A stretch of 63,333 nucleotides of DNA, counting the filler, from Chthonomonadaceae bacterium (GTDB lineage Bacteria; Armatimonadota; Chthonomonadetes; Chthonomonadales; Chthonomonadaceae): NCBI GenBank assembly GCA_035650735.1. It is 5 parts of 5 records of this genome, joined end to end, with 100 filler letters (N's around TTAATTAATTAA, not from the genome) between each part and the next. Parts side by side here need not be neighbours in the genome. Positions count along the whole stretch, not along the records: positions 43,593 to 63,333 come from DASRGZ010000057.1; 4 more parts are not named here. One strand, 5' to 3'. This document shows, one piece after another, positions 48,967-58,842 of the stretch. The notes below the pieces were generated by a model that did no database searches, was not told the DNA's origin, and saw only the letters and a list, made by a program, of their open reading frames with translations. The first letter of the stretch is position 1; each line of letters opens with the position of its first letter. The position numbers were made by a program, and so were the translations under genes.

Positions 48967-50019
48967 CTATGTGCGAGGGCTCTCCATGCCCGTGCCGCTG
49001 GATTCGCGCACGTGCAGCGATACGGGGAAGCGCCGGCAGCGCTGCGGGACGTCGCGCTCCTCGATCAGATCGATCAGCATATCCACCGCCGCCGCCCCGA
49101 TCTCTTTGAGCGGCTGCCATATGGAGGTCAGCGATGGGCGGGCCAGCGCGCTTAGCTCCGTGGAGTTGAAGCTGACGACGGCCAGGTCGTCGGGCACGCG
49201 CACGCCGGCGCCGGGCAGGCGCTCCACCAGATGCAGGGCGCGCGCCTCCTCGCAGCAAACCAGCGCGGTTGGGCGCGGGCGCACGGATTGGAGAAAACTT
49301 ATCGCCGAGTGGACCCACTTCAGCGAGGGAAGCGCGGTCTCCGGCCACTCATAGACGTGCAGCGCATCCGATGGTAAGCTGGCTTCGTCGAGCGCCCGCA
49401 GTGCGCCCAGGTAGCGCTCACATCCCCAGGAGACGGAATGCCCCGGATAGAAAAACGCGAACTGCCGATGCCCCAGATCGATCAGGTGCCGGAAAGCCAG
49501 ATAAGCGCCCTCCTCGTTATCGCAGTCCACCGCGTAGCAGCGCGGGTGATCGATCTGGTAGGAGATGCACACCACCGGGACATCGGTGTCCAGCAGGGCG
49601 GGCGTAAGCTGATCGCTGGCATAGCGGCCAATCAGGAGCGTGCCATCGCTGGCTCCACTCAGGATGTCGGCGTAGAGCGCCTGCCAGTCTGGGTAATGCG
49701 CCGAATGGAGCAAAAGGTTGTAATTGTGGCAAACTGCCCCACTTGTAACGCCCGCCAGGACGTTGGAAAAGTAGAGGTCATTGGCCCGAAAGCTTTCCGG
49801 CTCGTTGAGGACGATGCCGATGCGGTGCGTCCGCCCCGTCACCAGCGCCAGGGCCGTGGCGTTGGGCCGGTATCCGAGCTGCCGGGCGGCCAGCAACACG
49901 CGCTGCTGGGTTTCCGGGGGAATGCCGGCATCGCGACCGTTGAGCACAAAAGAAGCGGTCGTGCGGGACACCCCGGCGGCCTGGGCCACATCAATCATAC
50001 GCACACGACGCGAGGGCAT
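48967..50019 (-). CDS. LacI-family transcriptional regulator
   Basis: MIDVAQAAGVSRTTASFVLNG…LGYRPN…HLIDLGH…VPDDLAVVSFN…LTSIWQP. Confidence 0.95.
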   Translation of the reverse strand: MPSRRVRMIDVAQAAGVSRTTASFVLNGRDAGIPPETQQRVLLAARQLGYRPNATALALVTGRTHRIGIVLNEPESFRANDLYFSNVLAGVTSGAVCHNYNLLLHSAHYPDWQALYADILSGASDGTLLIGRYASDQLTPALLDTDVPVVCISYQIDHPRCYAVDCDNEEGAYLAFRHLIDLGHRQFAFFYPGHSVSWGCERYLGALRALDEASLPSDALHVYEWPETALPSLKWVHSAISFLQSVRPRPTALVCCEEARALHLVERLPGAGVRVPDDLAVVSFNSTELSALARPSLTSIWQPLKEIGAAAVDMLIDLIEERDVPQRCRRFPVSLHVRESSGTGMESPRT

Positions 50020-50063
50020 TTTATCCTTCTAAAGAATTAGAGAACTATCACGCAACGAATCTG

Positions 50064-50110
50064 CTAACGCGTGTTAGAAGAAGAATAACAACTCTCTGTA
50101 TTTTTGTCAA
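50064..50110 (-). promoter_or_regulatory. Sigma-70 promoter and candidate LacI-family operator
   Basis: TTGACA-17 nt-TATTCT (50110-50082) with TG extension; near-palindrome CTAACGCGTGTTAG at 50064-50077. Confidence 0.65.
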
Positions 50111-50186
50111 GAGGTCTTCGCGCAAAAAAACGAAAATCTTGAAAGCGATTTTGCCGGATGGAAGAGAGAAGCCGTAAAAAAGCCTG

Positions 50187-50250
50187 TTGCAAATTGTCAC
50201 AAAACCTGTTACAATGCCTGCGAACGTATGAGCGCCGGTTCATGTGTTCG
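50187..50250 (+). promoter_or_regulatory. Sigma-70 promoter and ArsR/SmtB operator
   Basis: TTGCAA-17 nt-TACAAT, then imperfect palindrome CGAACGTATGAGC GCCG GTTCATGTGTTCG matching SmtB/CadC-type boxes. Confidence 0.75.
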
Positions 50251-50345
50251 CACAACGCTACTCTGCTCAAGCGCAGCCTTCCCCTGCGCGCCAAGCCGCA
50301 TCGGCGCCTGAGTGCCAATTCCCCACGCGGCGAGGGTCCTTATTC

Positions 50346-50813
50346 ATGCCTACTCTAGCGGACCGATCCATCGCTGTCGTTTCCGTCACTGCTGGCGCCG
50401 AAACGCCCCCTTCCGGGGAGCCGCAGGCGGAATTGTCCTCCTGCGCGCCAGAGGGAATCGCCGCAGGACAGCCCCGGTGGCCGCTGGCGGAGCTTACGGA
50501 GACCGGCACAATGCGCCATCTGGCCGAACTGTTCGCGGCCCTGGCCGATACGACCCGCCTGCGAATCATCGAGGCGCTGGCCCGGAGCGAGCTTTGCGTG
50601 GGCGAGCTCTGCGCCGCGCTGGGCCTGGCCCAATCGGCCACCTCACATCAACTGCGTATCCTGCGCGACCTGCGCCTGGTCAAGTTTCGGCGCGTCGGTC
50701 GGCTCGTGTACTACTCCCTGGAGGATGCTCGCCTCTATCCCCTGCTGCAGCAGGGATTGGAACACATCCGTAGGATGTCCGATCCGCCCCGAAAGGGGGA
50801 TCAGGGGTGCTGA
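50346..50813 (+). CDS. ArsR/SmtB-family metal-responsive repressor
   Basis: FAALADTTRLRII…ELCVGEL…QSATSHQLRILRDLRLVKFRR.GRLVYYSL; start uncertain. Confidence 0.9.
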   Translation: MPTLADRSIAVVSVTAGAETPPSGEPQAELSSCAPEGIAAGQPRWPLAELTETGTMRHLAELFAALADTTRLRIIEALARSELCVGELCAALGLAQSATSHQLRILRDLRLVKFRRVGRLVYYSLEDARLYPLLQQGLEHIRRMSDPPRKGDQGC

Positions 50814-50929
50814 GGGTTCTTAAAGTTCTAGGGCTCTAGGTACTTAGGTAAGATGTCCGATCCGCCCCAGAGCGGGGGAGCAGGGGAGGTTTGGTTAGAG
50901 CACCCGGGCCGGGTGCGGAAAGACAAGGT

Positions 50930-53890
50930 ATGGATACTCGTAGTCTGGATCTGCCTGTCATCTTGCCGGCGGGCGACGAGTGCCTGCGCTGTATCGGGCG
51001 CTTGCAGCAGGAGCTGACCCGCATCAAGGGCGTTGTAGATGCCTCGGTCAACAACGCGCATGACACCCTCCATGTCTCCTATGACCCCAACCTGGTCACG
51101 TTTTCGCGCCTGGAAAGCGAGGCCCGCCGCATTGGCGCAGAGATCCGGGCGCAGGTCGATCACGCGACCTTTGTGCTGGAAGACCTGGATTGCCCGGACT
51201 GCGCGCGCAGTATCGAGCGCGCGGTGGGCGCCCTGGAGGGGGTTCTGTGGGCGAGCGCCAACTTTGCCGCCGGACAGATACACGTCGAATTCCAGCGCGG
51301 CAAGGTGAGCCTGGCGTCAATCGTCCGGCGCATCCAGAGCCATGGCGTGCGCGCCCGGCTGCTGGAGCGCGGCGTTCCCCTCTCAGCGGAAGAGAGCACG
51401 GCGGAGCAGGAGGCACTGGCCGCAGGCATCCGCAGGGCGCCCTTCGCCTTTCTGCGGCGGCGCGGCGGGCAGGTGGTCCTGGGCGCGGCGCTGGCGGGCG
51501 TGGCGCTGGGGACGCAGATGCTGGAGGGCGCGGAAGGGCATCACGGGGCCAGCCACATCCTCTGGGCGGTGGCGATCCTGGTGGGCGGATGGGGCATCCT
51601 GCGCGCGGCCCTCTCCGCGCTGCGCTCGCGCACCGTGGACATGAATGTGCTGATGACGCTGGCGGTACTCGGGGCGGCGGCGACCGGCGAATGGGACGAG
51701 GCGGCGGGCGTCGTGCTTCTCTACGGCGTGGGCATGATGCTCCAGACCGCAACGCTGGAGCGCACGCGCCGCTCCATTCGCGCCTTGATGACGCTGACGC
51801 CGCCGACGGCGCGGGTGCTCCACGACCGGCATGAGGAGAGCCTGCCCGTCTCCCAGGTGCGGGTCGGCGATATCCTGGTCATCCGCCCTGGCGAGCGTAT
51901 TCCTATGGACGGCGAGGTGATCCACGGGGCCAGCGCCGTCAACGAGGCGCCGATCACCGGGGAGAGCCTGCCGGTCGAAAAGGGAGTGGGTGCTCCGGTC
52001 TACGCTGGGACGCTCAATGGTCAGGGCGCGCTGGAGGCGCGCGTAACCCGGCCCTATCACGATACGGTGCTGGCGCGCATCCTCCACAACGTCGAGGAGG
52101 CCCAGGCGCAGCGCGCCCCCGCCGAGCAATTCATTGACCACTTCGCGCGGGTCTATACTCCCATCGTCTTCTGGCTGGCCGTGGGCGTGGCGCTCGTGCC
52201 GCCGCTGATGATGGGCGGCGACTTCTGGTGGTTCTTCCCGACCTGGTTCCACCGGGCGCTGTCGCTGTTGATCATCGCCTGCCCCTGCGCGCTGGTCATC
52301 TCAACGCCGGTTGCCATTGTGACGGCGCTGGGCACGGCCTCACGGCGCGGCGTGCTGGTCAAGGGTGGGGCTTACCTGGAGGCCATCGGCACGGTCAAAG
52401 CCGTCGTCTACGATAAGACCGGCACGTTGACCGAGGGCGCCCTGAAAGTGGAGGACGTCCTGCCGCTCGGCAATATGACCTGCGCGGAGATTCTGGTGCT
52501 GGCGGCCACTCTGGAGCGGCGCTCGACCCATCCGCTGGCGCAGGCCATCCTACAGGAGGCGGCCCGCTACGAGGCACCCTCCTACCAGATCGCCGACTTC
52601 GTCGAGATGCCGGGACGCGGCGTGAAAGCCACTGTCAACGGCGTGCCCTTCCTGCTCGGCAACCTACAGCTTTTCCAGAGCCAGAAGATCGAGCTTCCCC
52701 TGGCAGCCTCAGAGGCGCTAACCGAGGCGGAAGCTACCGGCATGACCGGCGTGCTGCTGGGCAATCGCAGCGGCCTGCAGGGGCTGATCCTGCTGCGCGA
52801 CCAGCCGCGCCCGGAGGCCAAGACCGCCATCGCCACCCTGCACCGCATGGGCATCGTCTATCAGGCGATGCTGACCGGCGACAACACGCGCGTGGCCGCG
52901 CAGGTGGCGCAAGCGGCGGGCCTGGAGGAGTACGAGGGCAACCTGCTGCCGGACCGGAAGCTACAGCATATCCACTTCCTGCAGCACCGCTACGGGCGCG
53001 TGGCGATGGTCGGCGACGGCGTCAACGATGCGCCCGCGCTGGCGGCGGCGGATGTGGGGATCGCGATGGGCGTGGCGGGCAGCGACACGGCCCTGGAAGC
53101 CGCCGATGTCGCCCTGATGCGGGATGACCTTTCGCGCCTGCCCTTCCTGATCAAGCTGAGCCGCAGCACCCGCACCATTGTGCGCGAGAACGTGGCCATC
53201 TCTCTGGTGACCAAGGCGGCGCTGCTCGTCTCGGCGATCATGGCGACGCTGCCGCTCTGGCTGGCGGTGCTGGGCGATGTGGGCGTGGCGCTGCTGGTCA
53301 CGCTCAATGCCCTGCGGCTGGTGGACGGCCCGGATGTAGACGCTCCGCCGGCGCGCTCGGACGAGGAAGCCTCCGAGGAGCCGCTGCTGGAACTGGTCTT
53401 CATCAACGACAAGAGCGTAGACGAGCAGCCGGAGCCGGACTATCCCTATCCGACCTGGGAGCGCTTCAGCGTGCCCTTTACCGGCACGCCGATCCGCTTC
53501 GGGCGCAAAGCGCCGACCTCCGTGCTGCCCATCCAGATTGACGATGCCGGGATGTCGCGGCTGCACGGCGAGTTCCGGCTGGAGGGCGGGCGTCCGGTGG
53601 TGGTGGACCTCCAATCCACCAACGGCATCCGCTTCAACGGGCGCACGGCGGGCGCGCTGATCCCGCCCCTACGCCCGACCCCGCTGCGTTTCGGCGACAG
53701 CCTGCTGATCGGGCGCAACACGCGCATCGAGATACGCCGCCCGGGCGATTTTGGCGCTGGCCCCGGCGCGACCGGAGGCGGCGCGCAGGCTCCGCGCAGA
53801 ACCACCTCGACACTAATCCAGGCGGTGGTCACCGGCGACAGCGGCACGCAGGATCTGCGCGGTAAATCCGGCATTCCGACGGGTAGATAG
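50930..53890 (+). CDS. P1B-type heavy-metal (Zn/Cd-type) ATPase with two HMA domains and a C-terminal FHA domain
   Basis: CLRC and CPDC metal-binding domains, TGESLP, IACPCAL, DKTGT, HPLA, GDGVND, LWLAVLGDVG; FHA motifs FGR, SRLH, STNG. Confidence 0.92.
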   Translation: MDTRSLDLPVILPAGDECLRCIGRLQQELTRIKGVVDASVNNAHDTLHVSYDPNLVTFSRLESEARRIGAEIRAQVDHATFVLEDLDCPDCARSIERAVGALEGVLWASANFAAGQIHVEFQRGKVSLASIVRRIQSHGVRARLLERGVPLSAEESTAEQEALAAGIRRAPFAFLRRRGGQVVLGAALAGVALGTQMLEGAEGHHGASHILWAVAILVGGWGILRAALSALRSRTVDMNVLMTLAVLGAAATGEWDEAAGVVLLYGVGMMLQTATLERTRRSIRALMTLTPPTARVLHDRHEESLPVSQVRVGDILVIRPGERIPMDGEVIHGASAVNEAPITGESLPVEKGVGAPVYAGTLNGQGALEARVTRPYHDTVLARILHNVEEAQAQRAPAEQFIDHFARVYTPIVFWLAVGVALVPPLMMGGDFWWFFPTWFHRALSLLIIACPCALVISTPVAIVTALGTASRRGVLVKGGAYLEAIGTVKAVVYDKTGTLTEGALKVEDVLPLGNMTCAEILVLAATLERRSTHPLAQAILQEAARYEAPSYQIADFVEMPGRGVKATVNGVPFLLGNLQLFQSQKIELPLAASEALTEAEATGMTGVLLGNRSGLQGLILLRDQPRPEAKTAIATLHRMGIVYQAMLTGDNTRVAAQVAQAAGLEEYEGNLLPDRKLQHIHFLQHRYGRVAMVGDGVNDAPALAAADVGIAMGVAGSDTALEAADVALMRDDLSRLPFLIKLSRSTRTIVRENVAISLVTKAALLVSAIMATLPLWLAVLGDVGVALLVTLNALRLVDGPDVDAPPARSDEEASEEPLLELVFINDKSVDEQPEPDYPYPTWERFSVPFTGTPIRFGRKAPTSVLPIQIDDAGMSRLHGEFRLEGGRPVVVDLQSTNGIRFNGRTAGALIPPLRPTPLRFGDSLLIGRNTRIEIRRPGDFGAGPGATGGGAQAPRRTTSTLIQAVVTGDSGTQDLRGKSGIPTGR

Positions 53891-54112
53891 ATCGCAGGTT
53901 ATGTGGCAATCATAGTAGTGACAACGTGACTGCCTGGAGCGACGCACCGTACAGGACGGCGTATACTAAATCGGGGCTTTTCGCCGGCGCCAGGCCCGGC
54001 TCTTCTCTAGCGGTCACGCCCACTCTTCGGTATCAGGCTCTAATCTATCCTATCCTGGATGGATTTATTCGCGCCGAGTACCTTGCCGGAGGGAGGAAAG
54101 GAGGGGCAGTTT

Positions 54113-54352
54113 ATGCCAAGCATATCTGCGGCAACGTCGGTCTATGCAGCGGCGCGCGATAGCTCATCGGCAGCTCATGCCAAGAGTTCCGCCCGGAGCG
54201 CCTCTGCCAATCGCGAGGCAGAGTTGGCGCGGCAGCTTGATGAGCGGTTGTCCGGGCAATTAAGCCGCATTCGCCAGCAGATCGGCCCTGCAAAGGATGC
54301 AGGAACTACCTCCAGGGAAGGGACGGGAGGCGTACTCGATATTCGCGCCTGA
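54113..54352 (+). CDS. Small hypothetical protein with YjfB-like C-terminus
   Basis: AGGAGG RBS; ends GTGGVLDIRA. Confidence 0.55.
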   Translation: MPSISAATSVYAAARDSSSAAHAKSSARSASANREAELARQLDERLSGQLSRIRQQIGPAKDAGTTSREGTGGVLDIRA

Positions 54353-54372
54353 GCGTCATGGGAGAGCTTTCG

Positions 54373-54411
54373 AAAAAAGCCCGGCGAGGGAACTCTCCTC
54401 ACCGGGCTTTT
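54373..54411. terminator. Bidirectional intrinsic terminator
   Basis: AAAAAAGCCCGGCGAGG…CCTCACCGGGCTTTT between convergent genes. Confidence 0.8.
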
Positions 54412-54431
54412 ATGTGCCGCCGCAGGGTAGC

Positions 54432-55226
54432 CTACGGAACGGACTGATAGGTGCCGTCCTCCAGGGGAATGGAGGGGAACGGCGAGCACTGTGCCGCAAT
54501 GAACTTTTCGGTCGCCAGCTTGGCGTGCCCATCGCAGAAGTAGGCCACGCGCACCGGGCCGGTCGTATCGTGGCGCTGATCCAGCGGGCCGGTGGAAGCG
54601 GACTTCCAGCCGGAGACCATGCGGCTCGGCCCGGCATGGAAGGAGGCCACCTCCGCGCCCATGTAGGTCAGAGAAGGCACCGGAATCGCCGCCAGCTTGC
54701 TCAGCCGGGTCATCACAGTATTGAGGCAGTAGCTTGTCCCTTCCACCTGCCAGACGGGCCGCCCCTGCGAGGGATCGTCGGGCACGTCGCCCGCAGGGAT
54801 GCCGTTATCGCTGGGGCACTTGAAGAGGCCGACGTTCTTGATATACGGCATGGCGAACACGCGCGGGTCATATGCCGCCTGGTCGAGCTTGGGGAAGAGT
54901 ACCGGATCATCGGGCGGAACGCTGGCCTTGCGGCGCGGGCGGCAGGGCTTGCAGGGGAACGGGCCGGCTGTTGCCGGAACCCACTGCGCGTTAGCGCCGT
55001 TGGTGGAGTTGTTGGGCGGGAACGACTCATCGTGGTCCTGGGCGTACATCATCCAGGCCAGGCCCAACTGCTTGACGTTAGAGATGCAGGCGGTGCGCCG
55101 CGCGTTCTCGCGCGCCTGGGAGAAGACCGGGAAGAGAATCGCGGCAAGAATCGCTATAATGGCGATGACGACGAGCAGCTCGATCAGAGTAAATGCCTTT
55201 GCTCGCAGCTTCTGTGCGACAAACAT
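54432..55226 (-). CDS. Prepilin-type/DUF1559-like protein
   Basis: [38 protein letters not shown]…MYAQDHDE…FKCPSD…[16 protein letters not shown]. Confidence 0.9.
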   Translation of the reverse strand: MFVAQKLRAKAFTLIELLVVIAIIAILAAILFPVFSQARENARRTACISNVKQLGLAWMMYAQDHDESFPPNNSTNGANAQWVPATAGPFPCKPCRPRRKASVPPDDPVLFPKLDQAAYDPRVFAMPYIKNVGLFKCPSDNGIPAGDVPDDPSQGRPVWQVEGTSYCLNTVMTRLSKLAAIPVPSLTYMGAEVASFHAGPSRMVSGWKSASTGPLDQRHDTTGPVRVAYFCDGHAKLATEKFIAAQCSPFPSIPLEDGTYQSVP

Positions 55227-55278
55227 GGTAGAATGTGCCTCCTGAACACAAAGAGAGAAGTGGAACGTTAGTGCGTCT

Positions 55279-56040
<762 letters not shown>

Positions 56041-56043
<3 letters not shown>

Positions 56044-56481
56044 CAGGATTAACAGGATTTAGAGCCCCTAACATAACGTGGCTGTGAGGCGCTCCCCTCA
56101 CCCCGGCCCTCTCCCTGCAAGGCAGAGGGGGAACGGGTTGTGTTCGGCACTCTTAGCAGGATTAAACAGGATTTCTGAAACCCACACAACTAACCGAGTG
56201 CCTATTTCTGTGAACTTAGTTGACTGGAAGGCTTTTGTCTCTTACCTTAATCCTGGGTAGACACTCCCAGCCGTGTTGATCAATCTCAAGCAGCCTGCTG
56301 AGGAGATACGTCCACACCATTGGGAATGATTACCTAACTCAAGTTGCTACCTTGCCTCTTCGAGAAGGCAAACGGTGATGCAAAAGCCGGTTTCCAGAGC
56401 GATTCTCTCTCAAACGTGTTCCTAGGTAGCAACTTGGGTTACCTAATCCTGTCAATCCTGAGAAATCCTGTTCATCCTGTT
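56041..56481. repeat. Composite repeat insertion bounded by inverted ACAGGATT/AATCCTG arrays
   Basis: AACAGGATT x2 at 56042 and again near 56156; AATCCTG-type units x4 at 56446-56481; internal CCCTCACCCC hairpin. Confidence 0.75.
56335..56441. mobile_element. 107-bp MITE
   Basis: TAACTCAAGTTGCTACCT and AGGTAGCAACTTGGGTTA, an 18-bp inverted repeat with one mismatch; ACCT at 56332-56335 and 56441-56444. Confidence 0.75.
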
Positions 56482-56491
56482 GAGGTTGTTT

Positions 56492-57667
56492 TTAGCCGCC
56501 GGTGCGGATAGCTTCAACCGGGGACAGCCGCGCCGCGCGCCAGGCCGGCAGCAGCCCCGCCACACTGCCAAGCAGCACTGCTCCCGCCAGGCAGAGCAGA
56601 ACGACGCTCAGCTCAGGATGGACAAGCGCCCCCGAAGGCGAGAACGGCAGGCGCTCCCGCAGCCAGTTCTCCACGCTCCGCGCTCCCAGGCCGGCGACAA
56701 GTACGCCCAACAGACCGCCCAGCAGGCAGACCTGGACCGTCTCCAGCCAGATCAGCCGGAAGATGTCGGCGTGCGAGGCGCCGACGGCCCGCAGCACCCC
56801 GATCTCGCGCGTACGCTCCGTGACGGCCATCAGTACGGTATTGCTCACTCCGGCTCCCGCCACCAGCAGCGCCACGAGCAGGATGCAGTAGAGCAGCGTG
56901 CGCGTCGAGCTCACAAGGCCCTGGATGGTACGGAACAGGTGCGCCAGCGGCACGACGTTCATCTCCAGGCCCGCGTCGCACCCGCGCAGCGCCGCCACCA
57001 CGCTTTCCATTTCGTTCGGATCGGTCAGCCGCACCAGGATATGCGTCAACTGCTTCGGACGATGGAAAAGCTGCTGTGCCGCCGCCAAGGGCAGGTAGAT
57101 AAAGGTATCGTCCGCGCCCTGCGTTGGAGCCAGGATACCCGCCACGCGGCCCCGCTTCCCCTCCAGGCCGGGCAGCGCAAACGCCTGTCCAACCTTCAGG
57201 CGCAGAGTCTCCGCCACCGTCGCGCCCACCAGGCAGTCCTGCCCCTGCGTCGGGAAAGCGCCCTGGATACGCCAGCCCTTCTTGATCGCCAGCAGCCCCG
57301 GCTCGGCTCCCAGATAGACCGATTGCGCGCCGCTGGCCTGGTCGTAGACGGCATTCATCAGCAGGGGAGCGGCGGTGTCCACGCCCTCCGTGCGCCGCAC
57401 GCGCGCCAGATACTCTTCTTTGAGATAGCAGGGCCAGCTTGCGCCGTGGAGCGCTATCGAGGCGGCATCGTAAGGGCAGCCCTTCGGCACGACCAGGACA
57501 TGCGCGCCCAGCCGGTCCAGCTCGCCCTGCATCCCCGCCTGGTAGCCGCGCTGAAACGCCGCCAGGCTGAACAACGCCGCGACCGCAATCGCAACCCCCA
57601 TCACGGTCACCAGCGTCCGCAGCTTGCGCCGCCCACTGTTTCGGAATGCCAATCGCAGCCAGGTCAT
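56492..57667 (-). CDS. MacB/FtsX-type ABC permease
   Basis: LAFRNSGRRKLRTLVT, VPKGCPYDAA, AVTERTREIGVLRAVGAS, PAWRAARLSPVEAIR. Confidence 0.92.
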   Translation of the reverse strand: MTWLRLAFRNSGRRKLRTLVTVMGVAIAVAALFSLAAFQRGYQAGMQGELDRLGAHVLVVPKGCPYDAASIALHGASWPCYLKEEYLARVRRTEGVDTAAPLLMNAVYDQASGAQSVYLGAEPGLLAIKKGWRIQGAFPTQGQDCLVGATVAETLRLKVGQAFALPGLEGKRGRVAGILAPTQGADDTFIYLPLAAAQQLFHRPKQLTHILVRLTDPNEMESVVAALRGCDAGLEMNVVPLAHLFRTIQGLVSSTRTLLYCILLVALLVAGAGVSNTVLMAVTERTREIGVLRAVGASHADIFRLIWLETVQVCLLGGLLGVLVAGLGARSVENWLRERLPFSPSGALVHPELSVVLLCLAGAVLLGSVAGLLPAWRAARLSPVEAIRTGG

Positions 57668-57674
57668 TGCAAAA

Positions 57675-58835
57675 TTACTCCAGGCGCAAGGCGCGCGCCG
57701 GCTGCAGGCGGCTTGCCTGCCACGCCGGATACAGCCCTGCCGCCAGCCCCACGCCGATCCCCACCAGCGCGCACTGCATCGCCACATCCCCGGTCAGCGT
57801 CAGCAGCGATTCCGCAGGGGCCAGCGGCACCAACCCCTTCACCGCCTGCTCGATAGCCCGGCCTGCCACCGCCGCCAGCAGCAGGCCCGCCAGGCTTCCC
57901 AGTGCCGTCAGCAGCACCGCCTCGACGGCCAGCAGCCGGAATACCTGCCCGCGCGACGCCCCGACCGCGCGCATCACGCCCAACTCGCCCGTCCGTTCCA
58001 ATACGGCGGCCAGCATCGTGTTGAATACCGAGAGTGCGCTGATGGTCACGGCCAGGATGGCGATAGCCAGCACCAGCGTGCGCACCGCGCCGATCAGGTT
58101 CAGAAACGTGCCCATCATCTCGGCCAGCGTCACCACCTGCGCTCCCGGCGTGCGCTGCAGACGCGCCGAAGCGTCCGTGATCAGCGCGGGGTCTTTTAAT
58201 CGGATGGCGATGGCCGTCAGGCGGCCTGGCTGGTGGAACATGGCCTGCGCCGTCGCCAGCGGAATAAAGAACTGGCTATCGTCGCTGGTGCCGCTGCGCT
58301 CCAGGATGCCGCAGACCTTCAGGCGCTTCCCGGTCTCCGGGCTGTAGAAGGAATCGCCCACCTGCCGCATCTCGGTCGCTGCCGCCTCCGCGCCCAGGAT
58401 CACCGCGTCGCCGTTTGGGAACCAGCGCGAGCCCGCTTTCAGCTTCCACCAGGGCTTGAGCGCGCGGATAGATTGGTCCACACCCACCCAGAGGTCGGTG
58501 CGTCCTTCGGAGGGGCGCGGCAGGGCCACGAGCAGCATCGGTGCGGCATGGGTCACGGCGGGGTCGTGACGCGCGGCGGTCAGCGCCGACTGGGGCAGGG
58601 AGACGTCGAGCGTCTTGCCTTTAAGCACCCGCGCCGCCGCATCGTAAGGGCAGCCGAGGGGCACGAGCATCATCTGCATCCCCATGCCGTCAAGCTCGCG
58701 GGAAAGCCCGCGCTGGTAGCCCTGCCCGAACGCCAGCAGGCAGGCCAGCACGCCGACCGCGACGGCCACGCCGAGGAGGGTTAGGCCGCTGCGCAGGCGG
58801 CGGCGCATTAAGTTGCGAAGAGCGAGGAAGAGCAT
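57675..58835 (-). CDS. MacB/FtsX-type ABC permease
   Basis: LALRNLMRRRLRSGLT, VPLGCPYDAA, AVLERTGELGVMRAVGAS, PAWQASRLQPARALR. Confidence 0.92.
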   Translation of the reverse strand: MLFLALRNLMRRRLRSGLTLLGVAVAVGVLACLLAFGQGYQRGLSRELDGMGMQMMLVPLGCPYDAAARVLKGKTLDVSLPQSALTAARHDPAVTHAAPMLLVALPRPSEGRTDLWVGVDQSIRALKPWWKLKAGSRWFPNGDAVILGAEAAATEMRQVGDSFYSPETGKRLKVCGILERSGTSDDSQFFIPLATAQAMFHQPGRLTAIAIRLKDPALITDASARLQRTPGAQVVTLAEMMGTFLNLIGAVRTLVLAIAILAVTISALSVFNTMLAAVLERTGELGVMRAVGASRGQVFRLLAVEAVLLTALGSLAGLLLAAVAGRAIEQAVKGLVPLAPAESLLTLTGDVAMQCALVGIGVGLAAGLYPAWQASRLQPARALRLE

Positions 58836-58842
58836 AGCAAAT

